A stretch of DNA of 64,000 nucleotides. It comes from an uncultured delta proteobacterium. Its GTDB lineage: Bacteria > Desulfobacterota > Binatia > Binatales > Binataceae. Where the stretch lies: the NCBI GenBank assembly GCA_963794325.1, contig CAWCDG010000007.1:160001-224000 (forward strand), in the 5' to 3' direction. This document shows, piece by piece, positions 1 through 9,051 of this stretch; within the stretch, counting starts at the first letter, position 1; every line of letters begins with the position of its first letter. The notes beneath the pieces were generated by a model, which was not told where the DNA came from, did not search any database, and saw nothing but the letters and a program-made list of their open reading frames with translations. The translations under genes and the position numbers were made by a program.

Positions 1-986
1 CGCAGACGCTCGAGGATGCCGGCGGATGGCCGAATCGCGACCTCGCCGAATATTTCCGCGACTACGCAGGGGTGGTGGCCGACGCGCTCGGCGATCGCGT
101 GAAGCATTGGATGGCCTTCAACGAGCCGTGGATTTTCACGATCCTCGGTTATCACCTGGGGATACATGCACCGGGGCGCCGCGAAATCCAAAGCGCGATC
201 AAGGCGACGCACACCGTCAATCTTGCGCAGGGGATGGCGGTGAGGGCGATTCGCGAATCGAAGAACCGTCCCGAGGCGGTCGGTACCGCCTTCAGCATGT
301 CGCCGGTGCATCCGGAAACCCATTCGCTCGAGGACCGCACGGCGGCCGAGCGATGGAATCGGTTTTACAATATGTGGTTCCTCGACACCGTGATGCACGG
401 CAAGTATCCGGAGGCGTACCTGAACGGATCGGTCGAGGATCACGTCGAGATACGCCCCGGCGACATGGACCTGATCAAGGCGCCACTCGATTTCATCGGA
501 ATCAATCTCTACACGCGCGCGGTGGTCGCGCACGACTCGAGCGATCACAACATGGGCGTGAAGCAGGTCAGGCCCAAGGCCGACGAAGTCACCGAGTTTG
601 GATGGGAAGTTTATCCGCAGGCGCTGTCGGAAATGATCCTGCACATCACGAAGTCCTATCCCGGCATCCCGATCTACGTGACCGAGAACGGATGCTCGTA
701 CGGCGACGGGCCGGGCGCCGACGGCAAGGTCAATGACCAGCGCCGGGTGAGCTTCCTGCGCCGGTTTATCTTCGAGGTGGGGCAGGCGATGAAAGCCGGC
801 GCCGACGTGCGCGGTTATTTTCTGTGGACGTTCACCGACAACTTCGAATGGGCCGAAGGATTCCAGCAGCGCTTCGGAATCGTGCACTGCGACTTCAAGA
901 CGCAGCAGAGAATCGTCAAGGAAAGCGGGCATTGGTACTCGCGACTCGCGCGCACCGGCACGCTCGATTTCGATCCGGTGATCTGA
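1..986 (+). CDS. GH1 beta-glucosidase (5' end outside window)
   Basis: Frame is open from the window edge (QTLEDAGGWPNRD...). GH1 acid/base motif FNEP, nucleophile motif YVTENG, and DNFEWAEG. Confidence 0.93.
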   Translation, partial: QTLEDAGGWPNRDLAEYFRDYAGVVADALGDRVKHWMAFNEPWIFTILGYHLGIHAPGRREIQSAIKATHTVNLAQGMAVRAIRESKNRPEAVGTAFSMSPVHPETHSLEDRTAAERWNRFYNMWFLDTVMHGKYPEAYLNGSVEDHVEIRPGDMDLIKAPLDFIGINLYTRAVVAHDSSDHNMGVKQVRPKADEVTEFGWEVYPQALSEMILHITKSYPGIPIYVTENGCSYGDGPGADGKVNDQRRVSFLRRFIFEVGQAMKAGADVRGYFLWTFTDNFEWAEGFQQRFGIVHCDFKTQQRIVKESGHWYSRLARTGTLDFDPVI

Positions 987-1010
987 GCACGTGACTGAGC
1001 CGGGGCCGCT

Positions 1011-1601
1011 ATGAACGGCGGCGAATTCCTGATGTGGCTGCACCTGTGCGCGATGGCGTCTTACGTCGGCGCGCAGTTCGCGGTCATTTATATGCTGATT
1101 CCGGCTGCGGAGACCGCGCCCAACGAGGCCTCGCGGCGCGCGAGCCTGATCGCGGGCTTCAAGTTCTACAACCCGTTCACGATCGGCGTGCTGGGAATTA
1201 TTGTGATTAGCGGGGCGATGCGGCTGACGGACTTGAAAGCGTCGATGAAGTTCGACTACTTCGCGCGGATCGGTTCCGCGCTCGAACTGAAGTTGCTGCT
1301 GGCGTTTCTGCTCATCTTCATCCAGACCTACATCACGTTCGGGCTGGCATTCAGGATCGGCCGCCAGGAAGAGGTGGCCGCACACGGCGACGGCGACGCG
1401 TTCACGGTCGAACAGCTCAACTCGATGCTCCGCCGAATCCGCGCGATGGCGTGGTTCACGATCGTGCTGGCTGCCGCCGTCATCTGGGTATCGCTCACCA
1501 TGGTTGCGCGCGCGGTGGACGAGCCCGCCCCGGTTCCGCGCATCTCCGCGCGATCGACATCGAGCCGGGTGCCGGTGTTGGCGACGCGCGTCATGACTTA
1601 G
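1011..1601 (+). CDS. Four-TM membrane protein (CopD/DUF4149-like)
   Basis: Four hydrophobic segments; N-terminal WLHL..A..YVG and a LELKLLL pattern recall CopD-like proteins. Confidence 0.6.
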   Translation: MNGGEFLMWLHLCAMASYVGAQFAVIYMLIPAAETAPNEASRRASLIAGFKFYNPFTIGVLGIIVISGAMRLTDLKASMKFDYFARIGSALELKLLLAFLLIFIQTYITFGLAFRIGRQEEVAAHGDGDAFTVEQLNSMLRRIRAMAWFTIVLAAAVIWVSLTMVARAVDEPAPVPRISARSTSSRVPVLATRVMT

Positions 1602-1774
1602 TGCGCGAGCGCGAGCAGCGAGCCGACGATGTACGCGACGGTGATGACGCCGAATATCGCGCCCGGCAGTTCGTTCAGCATGCTGTACTGCGCAAACCGG
1701 ATCTCTTCGCTGACTGGAGCCTCGACGACTGAGGCGATTCCTGCGAACCTTGCTTCTGTGGTTGATGCGTTCAT
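1598..1774 (-). CDS. 58-aa small protein with C-terminal TM helix (not in ORF track); paralog of 1807..1983
   Basis: Hand translation: MNASTTEARFAGIASVVEAPVSEEIRFAQYSMLNELPGAIFGVITVAYIVGSLLALAH. GGGAG RBS upstream. Clear similarity to its neighbour. Confidence 0.8.
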   Translation of the reverse strand: MNASTTEARFAGIASVVEAPVSEEIRFAQYSMLNELPGAIFGVITVAYIVGSLLALAH

Positions 1775-1806
1775 TTCAATTCTCCCGTAAAACTTTTCGG
1801 ACGACT

Positions 1807-1983
1807 TTAGGCCAACGCCACCAGCGAGCTGACGATGTATCCGAGCGTGATCAAGCCGAACACGATTCCGGGCAATTCGCTGAGCAGACTATTCTGCGCG
1901 AGCCGGGTTCCGGCGGTGGCTTCGACCACTTCGTTGTTGCTGGTGATTGCGTTGAGAGTTGCTTCGTTGGTGATTGCGTTCAT
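1807..1983 (-). CDS. 58-aa small protein with C-terminal TM helix
   Basis: MNAITNEATLNAITSNNEVVEATAGTRLAQNSLLSELPGIVFGLITLGYIVSSLVALA. GGAGGG RBS before the ATG at 1983. Confidence 0.8.
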   Translation of the reverse strand: MNAITNEATLNAITSNNEVVEATAGTRLAQNSLLSELPGIVFGLITLGYIVSSLVALA

Positions 1984-2021
1984 TTTCGGTCCCTCCGTGT
2001 TCGTTGACTGACAGGGGGTAA

Positions 2022-2037
2022 AGCAAGGGCTGTACCA
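2022..2037 (-). promoter_or_regulatory. sigma54 (-24/-12) promoter for the small-protein pair
   Basis: Minus strand TGGTACAGCCCTTGCT against consensus TGGCACG-N4-TTGCW, with correct GG-N10-GC spacing. Confidence 0.7.
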
Positions 2038-2119
2038 TCGAAAAAACTCTCGATTTAGCAACGATTCTCCACTGTGGAGCTTCGCGATAGGCTTCCGATA
2101 ATTAATGAAAAGTTATAAA

Positions 2120-2132
2120 AATCAATGGTTTA
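2120..2132. promoter_or_regulatory. Putative IHF site
   Basis: AATCAATGGTTTA matches WATCAANNNNTTR and has an upstream A-tract. Confidence 0.5.
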
Positions 2133-2298
2133 GCGGAAATCGCAGAATGCGAGATAGAAACGAGCCTTCTTTCGTTTTCGCGGTAAATTTCCTTTATCGC
2201 GAATCGTCGCAACTGCACCTATGCAGCTATAATGCTGCGGTGCGGCTCCTCGGGCGCCGCTATTTGATCCTGTTCGATACGTCTGCGAGAGTGGCCTG

Positions 2299-3072
2299 AT
2301 GGCGAGTGAGACGAATCAGGAAGCGCCGCAATCCAACGGCAAAGCGACCGGAGGATTGAAGCCAACGACCGCGACGCTGCTGGCCGACGCGATCGCGTCG
2401 CCCATAGGGCAGCCTCATTTCATCCGCAGTCTCGCGCTGCACTTCGCCGAGACCACGATCTTCCTGGTCGCGGCAATCGGCGCGATCGCGCTGGGTCTCG
2501 GAATCACCGCCTACTTCGCCGAGCATGACTACATGCTCGCGTACCTGGTCGCTTACGCTGGATTTCGTTTTTCGGATTTGATTGTGCGCGAAGATGCGGA
2601 GGACCGGCCGGCGCACGAGGAGCTCGCCCGCCGGATCTATGTGCAGCTCCCGATCCTTATTGTGTTTGCGGCCGCGCCGTTCGAGCGCACCTACGTTTAC
2701 GGTGGCGCGGCGCCGGCGTTGTCGAGCGCGATCGGGCTATTGATCGAACTGCTCGGGATGTGGCTCGCGCTCGGCGCGCGAATTCAACTTGGATTTTTCA
2801 CCGCGGGGCGGACGCCCGAGCATCCGGTGCTGGTCAAGCGGGGATTCTATCGCCACATCAGGCATCCGATTTATGCCGGGACATTCCTGGTGACGTTCGC
2901 ATGGACGCTCATTTACGGCGCGCCCGTCACCGCGATTCTCACGCTGATCATCGGAGCAGTTTTCGCGCATCGACAGATGAAGTCCGAAGAGGAAGCGCTG
3001 CGTGCGCGATTCGGCGAGGAGTACGATGGCTACCGGCGCGAAACCGACGCGTTGATTCCGGCTATCTGGTGA
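2299..3072 (+). CDS. Isoprenylcysteine carboxyl methyltransferase (ICMT/PEMT) family membrane protein
   Basis: LVKRGFYRHIRHPIYAG and EEEALRARFGEEYDGY motifs. Confidence 0.85.
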   Translation: MASETNQEAPQSNGKATGGLKPTTATLLADAIASPIGQPHFIRSLALHFAETTIFLVAAIGAIALGLGITAYFAEHDYMLAYLVAYAGFRFSDLIVREDAEDRPAHEELARRIYVQLPILIVFAAAPFERTYVYGGAAPALSSAIGLLIELLGMWLALGARIQLGFFTAGRTPEHPVLVKRGFYRHIRHPIYAGTFLVTFAWTLIYGAPVTAILTLIIGAVFAHRQMKSEEEALRARFGEEYDGYRRETDALIPAIW

Positions 3073-3685
3073 GGTCGCTGCGCGCCTGGAACTGGCAGAG
3101 GATGAGCGAGCAGTAGTCGTCGCCGTCGCGGCGGCTGACAAACCTCGCCCCGCATCCCGCGCATTCGCGAATCGATTCGTCACGCTTTAGCAACACGATC
3201 AGCTCTGGCTCGATGGCTGAGTCGTCGATGTTCGGTGCTGGCGGCTTTCGCTCCTCTGGCGACGCTCCGTCGGCGACGAGCTTGCGATTGGCACCGGTTA
3301 GTGCGAGTTGGTCGGCGCGATTATTGGTCGCATCGCTGCCGTGGCCGCGGACCCATTCGAATCGTACGCGACGCTTCGCCACTTCGGCGTCGAGCAGTTG
3401 CCATAAATCGTTATTCTTGTTGCGCTTGTAATGCAGCGTCATCGAATCCACGACGTACCTGCTGTCGCTGCGAAGAACCACCTCCGCGCCGGGAGGAGTC
3501 ATGCGCAGGCCCTCGATCGCGGCCATCAATTCCATGCGGTTGTTGGTGGTCGCAGAATCGTGACCGTTATCTTCCGTCACAACTCCATTGGGATCGCGCA
3601 CCACGACGCCCCACCCGCCCGGGCCGGGGTTACCGAGGCATGAGCCGTCAGCGTACACGAGATATTCGCGAGAAGCGGGAGCCAT
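3062..3685 (-). CDS. rnhA: Ribonuclease HI with C-terminal Cys4 zinc-ribbon extension
   Basis: DGSCLGNPGPGGWG, TTNNRMEL, SDSRYV, WVRGH and NNRADQLA motifs; tail CAGC...YCSLILC. Confidence 0.92.
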   Translation of the reverse strand: MAPASREYLVYADGSCLGNPGPGGWGVVVRDPNGVVTEDNGHDSATTNNRMELMAAIEGLRMTPPGAEVVLRSDSRYVVDSMTLHYKRNKNNDLWQLLDAEVAKRRVRFEWVRGHGSDATNNRADQLALTGANRKLVADGASPEERKPPAPNIDDSAIEPELIVLLKRDESIRECAGCGARFVSRRDGDDYCSLILCQFQARSDLTR

Positions 3686-3694
3686 GGGCGAATT

Positions 3695-5152
3695 CTAGCT
3701 GAGGCCGCGGATATTTCGCAGCCGGGTGAACCAGTCGGCGTATTGGCTCGCGGCACGATCCCACGAAAAATCGGACGCGAAGCAGTTTGCCATCAGCGCC
3801 CGCCACTTCGCGCGATCGCGGAAGGTCGTTACCATCCGATTCAGCGCAGCGACCATTTGATCGGCGTCGAACTTGTCGAATGAGAAGCCGTTGCCGGTCT
3901 GCGTCGTGGGATCGAACTCGTGCACGGTGTCGCGCAATCCGCCGGTGGCGCGAACTACGGGTGCAGTGCCGTAGCGCAATGCGTACATCTGGGTCAGTCC
4001 GCACGGCTCGAATCGCGACGGCATCAGGAATGCGTTGCTACCGGCCTGGATTCGATGCGCCATCGTGTTGTTGAACTCGATAATCGCGCGAAGTTTATCC
4101 GGATAACGTTTCTCGGCATCCTTGAAAAATTTTTCGAGTACTTCATCGCCGCTCGCCAGCATGACGAGCTGCAAGTCCAGGCGCATCACGGCGTCGAGCG
4201 CGTCCCGCAGCAGATCGACGCCTTTTTGGCCGGTCATGCGGGTGACCATTCCCACTACCGGCCAGTTTTCATGATTGGGCAGCTTAAGCGAATCGCGCAG
4301 CTCGCGCGTGCATTTGCGTTTGCCATCGGGCTTCGCGGGCGTGTAGGTCGCCGCGATATCGCGATCGGTGGCGGGGTTCCATTCGTCGTAGTCTGCGCCG
4401 TTCAGGATTCCGACGAAGTTCGGGCCCTTGTCGCGAATCACTCCCTCGAGGCCAAAGCCGAGTTCCGGGTCGGTGGTGATTTCGTGGGCGTAAGTCGGGC
4501 TCACGGTCGAAGCGCCGTCGCTCAGAACGATGGCGCCCTTCATCAGGTTCAGATGTCCGTAAAATTCCAGGTAGTCGGTCGAATTGTAGGCGGCGTCGAG
4601 ATTCAGCAGCGCAAAGTCCTCGCGCTTGCTGATTCCCTGGAACGCAAGATTGTGAATCGTGAAGACCGACAGCGCCCGCTTGAAGCGGGAGCGAAGCGCG
4701 TTGTCGGCGCGCATCGCAATCGGGGTGGTCGCCGCGTGCCAGTCGTGGGCGTGGACTACGTCGGGCGCGATTATCTCGGCGGACGCGATCGCCGCGGCGC
4801 GGCCAAAGAAAACGAAGCGGCGCATGTTGTCGGGATAGTCCTTGCCATTCTCGCCGTAGATTCCGCTGCGCGCGAAAAATCCCGGGTGGTCGATCAGGTA
4901 CATCGGCACGCCATGCGGATCGGTCGCGCGCAAGACGGAGAAACGTTCGGTGCTCGAGCCGAATGGCATCGAGATGTCGCGCATCATCGACGCGGTCTCG
5001 ACGTTTTCCTTGATGGATGTGTAGCCGGGTACGATCAGCGACGTTTCGTGGCCGATCGCTTTCAGTGCGCCTGGCAATGAGCCAATCACGTCGGCGAGGC
5101 CGCCGGCTTTTGCGTGGGGCGTAGCTTCGGCGGCGACGATGGCGATTTTCAC
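3695..5152 (-). CDS. glgA: Glycogen synthase
   Basis: KAGGLADV, HAHDWH, FTIHNLAFQG and PSRFEPCGLTQ motifs. Confidence 0.96.
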   Translation of the reverse strand: MKIAIVAAEATPHAKAGGLADVIGSLPGALKAIGHETSLIVPGYTSIKENVETASMMRDISMPFGSSTERFSVLRATDPHGVPMYLIDHPGFFARSGIYGENGKDYPDNMRRFVFFGRAAAIASAEIIAPDVVHAHDWHAATTPIAMRADNALRSRFKRALSVFTIHNLAFQGISKREDFALLNLDAAYNSTDYLEFYGHLNLMKGAIVLSDGASTVSPTYAHEITTDPELGFGLEGVIRDKGPNFVGILNGADYDEWNPATDRDIAATYTPAKPDGKRKCTRELRDSLKLPNHENWPVVGMVTRMTGQKGVDLLRDALDAVMRLDLQLVMLASGDEVLEKFFKDAEKRYPDKLRAIIEFNNTMAHRIQAGSNAFLMPSRFEPCGLTQMYALRYGTAPVVRATGGLRDTVHEFDPTTQTGNGFSFDKFDADQMVAALNRMVTTFRDRAKWRALMANCFASDFSWDRAASQYADWFTRLRNIRGLS

Positions 5153-5183
5153 CGATACAATTGCGAGGAACTCGGAATTTGGA

Positions 5184-5268
5184 CCCTCACCGGCGCCGGA
5201 AGCGCGGCCCCTCCCTGATAGGGAGAGGCGAGGAAGGATCGGGTTCCTTCGCTGCGCTCAGGATGACA
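5184..5268. repeat. Two REP-like motifs: an A-variant and TCCTTCGCTGCGCTCAGGATGACA
   Basis: CCCTCACC...CTCCCTGATAGGGAG hairpin, followed at 5245..5268 by a motif resembling widespread GTCATCCTGAGCG..CGAAGGA extragenic palindromes. Confidence 0.5.
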
Positions 5269-5366
5269 CAAAAAGAGGAGGACACAAGAAATCGGCATTG
5301 CTCAGTTACAGCTTGAATCCCGTGAAGTAACGGGCGAGGTAGGAAGGAGCGCGCCCGCGCGCAAGG

Positions 5367-5410
5367 AACCTAACCCCTAACCCCTTCCCGCGCGGGAAGG
5401 GGAACCGGAT
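5367..5410 (+). repeat. Repeat family A (AACCTAACCCCTAACCCCTTCCC-N4-GGGAAGGGGAACCGGAT)
   Basis: One of 8 near-identical intergenic copies; loop GCGC. Confidence 0.92.
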
Positions 5411-5442
5411 CCGCGAGGACGCGCGCGTCCTCCCTTCTTAAC

Positions 5443-5510
5443 ACTGGGTGCAGGGGTCACCCCTGCCCAGGGAGGTGTGGAACCCACGGTGGGTTCCACA
5501 TTAGATAAAA
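5443..5510 (-). repeat. Repeat family B (double hairpin)
   Basis: Reverse complement reads TGTGGAACCCACCGTGGGTTCCACA...GCAGGGGTGACCCCTGCACCCAGT. Confidence 0.88.
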
Positions 5511-5517
5511 TCCTTCC

Positions 5518-7965
5518 CTAGTTCAGTACGGTTCGCTCGGTTCGCGCGGTCGCCGGGGTTGGGGCCACGGGTTCTGCGCCCGGCTGTGCGGCGCCGTCTG
5601 CGTCGCGCAGAGCATGCCGGATGACCTCGTCGACGGTGTCGACGAAAATCATTTCGAGCTCTTTGCGGAGTTCAGGCTGGATATCCTCGAGGTCGCGCTC
5701 GTTGCGCCGCGGCATGATGATCGTTTTGATTCCCGCGCGCCGTGCGGCGAGCACTTTCTCCTTGATTCCGCCAACCGGCAGCACTTTGCCGCGCAGCGTA
5801 ATCTCGCCGGTCATCGCGATATCCGAGCGAACCGGCCGCCCGCTCAGCAGCGACGCCAGCGACGCCGCGATCGTCACGCCGCCCGACGGACCATCTTTGG
5901 GGATTCCGCCCGCGGGGATGTGGACGTGGATGTCGGACTTGTCGTAGAAGTCCGGCTGGATTCCGAGTGCAGCCGCATGGCTGCGCACGTACGACAGCGC
6001 CGCCTGCGCCGATTCTTTCATCACGTCGCCGAGCGAGCCGGTAAGGTTGAGGCCCTTCTGCCCCGACATCCGGGTGCTCTCGATAAACATTATCTCGCCG
6101 CCATTGGGCGTCCACGCCAGGCCGGTGGCAACTCCCGGCTCCTGCGTGCGTTCCGCGACTTCCGAAAAGAAGCGCGGCGCGCCGAGATACTTCTGAACGT
6201 CGTCGCCGCTGACGACCGCGGGCGCCGTGCCGCCTTCAGTAATCGAACGCGCGATCTTGCGGCATACGCGAGCGATCTCGCGCTCGAGATTTCTCAGCCC
6301 CGCCTCGCGCGTGTAGCTGTGAATTATCTCGCGCAGCGCCTCTTCCGAGAACTCTATCTTCTGATCGCCGAGTCCATTCTCGATGAGCTGCTTGGGAATC
6401 AGGTGACGCTGCACGATTTGCAGCTTTTCTTCCTCGGTGTATCCCGGCAGCTCGAGGACTTCCATCCGGTCGCGCAGCGCGTGCGGCACCGGGTCGAGCA
6501 TGTTGGCGGTGGTCAGGAACAGGACCTTCGAAAGATCGAAGGGCACGTCCAGATAGTGATCGGCGAAGGTGTTGTTCTGTTCGGGATCGAGCACCTCGAG
6601 CAGTGCCGAGGCCGGGTCGCCGCGGAAGTCCATGCCGAGCTTGTCCACCTCGTCGAGGATGAACAGCGGATTGTTCGAGCCCGCGTTGCGGAGCCCCTGG
6701 ATAATTCTTCCCGGCAACGATCCAATGTACGTACGTCGATGCCCGCGAATCTCGGCCTCGTCGCGGATGCCGCCGAGCGACAGCCGCACGAATTTGCGGC
6801 CGAGTGCGCGCGCGATCGATTTGCCGAGCGAAGTTTTGCCGGTGCCAGGAGGACCGACGAAGCACAGGATCGGCCCCTTGGTATCGTTCTTCAGTTTGCG
6901 CACGGCGAGAAATTCGAGGATGCGCTCCTTGATTTTTTCGAGATCGTAATGATCCTCGTCGAGCACCTGGCGCGCGTGCCGGATGTCGAGGTTGTCCTCG
7001 GTCGAGACGCCCCACGGCAGGCTGACGAGCCAGTCGAGATAGGTGCGCACGACGGTATGCTCGGCCGATTCCGGCGGGATCATCTTGAGGCGCTCGAGTT
7101 CCTTGTCGGCGACTTTGCGCGCCTCGGGGGACATCTTCGCCTCTTCGATCTTCTTCTCGATCTCTTCGACTTCGGAACTGCGCGGGTCACCTTCGCCAAG
7201 CTCTTTCTGAATCGCCTTGAGCTGCTGGCGCAGATAATATTCGCGCTGATTTTTGTTGAGCTCGGTCTGCACCTGCGACTGGATCTTGTGCCCGAGTTCG
7301 AGCATCTCGATCTCGCGCCCAAGGATCGCGATCAGCTTTTCCAGCCGTCCGCGAACGTCGAGCGTGGCGAGAAGGTCCTGCGCTTCCTCGATTGGAATCT
7401 TCAGGTAAGAGGCGACCATGTCGGCGAGCCGGCTGGCCTCCTTCACCTGCATCGCCATCACCTGCAATTCGTCGGGCAGGTAGGGCACGAGCGAAACGAA
7501 CTTGGAGAACTGGCTCACCAGATGCGCATGGAGCGCGTCGATCTCTTTGTCGGATGATACCGGCTCGACCAGCCGCGTCACATGCGCGAGGAAATATGGC
7601 TCGCGCTGCGTGAATTGCCCCAGATTGATTCGCGCGAGTCCCTGCACCAGGACGCGCACGCTCTGATCGGGATAACGCAGCATCTTGAGGATGCGCACCG
7701 CGGTGCCGCTCGGGAACAATCCCTCGGGCGTGGGCTGCTCGTCTTCCGGATTTTTTTGAGCTGCGAGCGCGATGACCTTATTGGTCTGCCCGCACTCCTC
7801 GATAAGCTTCAGCGAAGACGGCCGCGATACCAGGAACGGATGTATCTGACTTGGGAAGATCACGATGCCGCGCAAGGGCAGCACCGGCAAAATATCGGGT
7901 ATTTCGGCCTTGCTCAGATCCTCTTCAATCTCGAAACGTTTTTCCCCTTTCGGTTTATCTGCCAT
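5518..7965 (-). CDS. lon: ATP-dependent Lon protease
   Basis: N-domain LPVLPLR, Walker A GPPGTGKT, HRRTYIG, catalytic PKDGPS and GGIKEK. Start assigned to MADKPK. Confidence 0.97.
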   Translation of the reverse strand: MADKPKGEKRFEIEEDLSKAEIPDILPVLPLRGIVIFPSQIHPFLVSRPSSLKLIEECGQTNKVIALAAQKNPEDEQPTPEGLFPSGTAVRILKMLRYPDQSVRVLVQGLARINLGQFTQREPYFLAHVTRLVEPVSSDKEIDALHAHLVSQFSKFVSLVPYLPDELQVMAMQVKEASRLADMVASYLKIPIEEAQDLLATLDVRGRLEKLIAILGREIEMLELGHKIQSQVQTELNKNQREYYLRQQLKAIQKELGEGDPRSSEVEEIEKKIEEAKMSPEARKVADKELERLKMIPPESAEHTVVRTYLDWLVSLPWGVSTEDNLDIRHARQVLDEDHYDLEKIKERILEFLAVRKLKNDTKGPILCFVGPPGTGKTSLGKSIARALGRKFVRLSLGGIRDEAEIRGHRRTYIGSLPGRIIQGLRNAGSNNPLFILDEVDKLGMDFRGDPASALLEVLDPEQNNTFADHYLDVPFDLSKVLFLTTANMLDPVPHALRDRMEVLELPGYTEEEKLQIVQRHLIPKQLIENGLGDQKIEFSEEALREIIHSYTREAGLRNLEREIARVCRKIARSITEGGTAPAVVSGDDVQKYLGAPRFFSEVAERTQEPGVATGLAWTPNGGEIMFIESTRMSGQKGLNLTGSLGDVMKESAQAALSYVRSHAAALGIQPDFYDKSDIHVHIPAGGIPKDGPSGGVTIAASLASLLSGRPVRSDIAMTGEITLRGKVLPVGGIKEKVLAARRAGIKTIIMPRRNERDLEDIQPELRKELEMIFVDTVDEVIRHALRDADGAAQPGAEPVAPTPATARTERTVLN

Positions 7966-8123
7966 AGAGTTAGTCGAACCTCTTGAGGAGGGACCCCGCC
8001 GCGACTGCACCGCTTCCACGCAACCCAAATTTCACCGTAATATAAGGTAGTGACGCAGACAAGGTTACCTCTTGAGTAAGAAGCTAATCACGGACTTAAG
8101 TTTGCGCCACCGACGGAAAAACG

Positions 8124-8549
8124 TTGCCTAATATTGGATTTGATAAGTTATTCAGCGAGGAAGAAGCCAACGAGCTGATTCCGCGGCTGGAAATATTAAT
8201 GCGTCAGCTCCAGATGCAGGCGACGTCGTTGCGGGCGCGAATCGAGGAATTATCGGTTGACGATCCTTCGATTCTGCATTCCGCGATGAGCGAGATTGTC
8301 GGGCGCTATCCGGAGTTGCGGTCGTTCGCGACCAACATGGCCGAGGCTGCCGAGCAAATCGAATCGTTCGGATGCATCCTCAAGGACATCGATCTCGGCT
8401 TGATCGATTTTCCGTACGACGCGGGCGACGACATCGTATTTCTATGCTGGCAATTCGGCGAGTCGCGCCTCGTCGCATGGCATAGCGTCGATAGTGGATT
8501 CTCCGATCGCCAACCGCTGCCCGGCGCACCGAGCCGATACCTCAATTGA
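8124..8549 (+). CDS. DUF2203 family protein
   Basis: FSEEEANELIP...LKDIDLGLIDFP...LCWQFGE..WH...GF..RQPL pattern. Confidence 0.85.
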   Translation: MPNIGFDKLFSEEEANELIPRLEILMRQLQMQATSLRARIEELSVDDPSILHSAMSEIVGRYPELRSFATNMAEAAEQIESFGCILKDIDLGLIDFPYDAGDDIVFLCWQFGESRLVAWHSVDSGFSDRQPLPGAPSRYLN

Positions 8550-8580
8550 TCGCCACGCCGCTGCTTACTAGTTAAAAGAG

Positions 8581-9051
8581 ATGATCATCGTATTGACGAT
8601 TTACCTCGCCGCACTCGGATGCTGGCTCGGCGGAATTGTTTTTTTCTCGTTCTTCACGGCGCCGGCGGTCTTCACGGTTCTGCCGCGACCGGAGGCCGGC
8701 CAACTGATCAGCACAATTTTCCCACGCTACTACATGCTCGGTTACATCGTGGGGACGGTAAGCCTGGTGCTCGCGATCTACTTCACGGCAGTGCGCGCGC
8801 CGCGGATATGGTGGGGCGGCACGACGCTAGCGCTGGCTGTAGCGCTCGGAATCACCTTCTATGCCGGCAGGGTGATTCTGCCGCGCGCGGACGCGATTCG
8901 CACCGTCAATGAAGATCCAAATCCCGACCCGGTGAAAAAAGCCGAGTTCGACCAGCTGCATCGCAACTCGGTGATTCTGAACGGGACCGTGCTGCTGTTG
9001 AACATCGCGGCAATCGTCGGCACCGCAGGAGCATTGACCCCGCGTGGCTGA
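8581..9051 (+). CDS. DUF4149 family membrane protein
   Basis: WLGGIVFFSFFTAPAVF, IFPRYY and FDQLHRNS motifs. Confidence 0.85.
   Translation: MIIVLTIYLAALGCWLGGIVFFSFFTAPAVFTVLPRPEAGQLISTIFPRYYMLGYIVGTVSLVLAIYFTAVRAPRIWWGGTTLALAVALGITFYAGRVILPRADAIRTVNEDPNPDPVKKAEFDQLHRNSVILNGTVLLLNIAAIVGTAGALTPRG

Noticed and set aside
5875-5905. Lon catalytic motif PKDGPSGG instead of PKDGPSAG
   Set aside because: The catalytic Ser and Lys are retained; a single small-residue substitution.
5614-7557. Long antisense ORFs (e.g. 647 aa opposite lon; also 34076..35689, 43668..45041 and 24830..26047)
   Set aside because: Shadow frames of high-GC coding genes, with no recognisable motifs.
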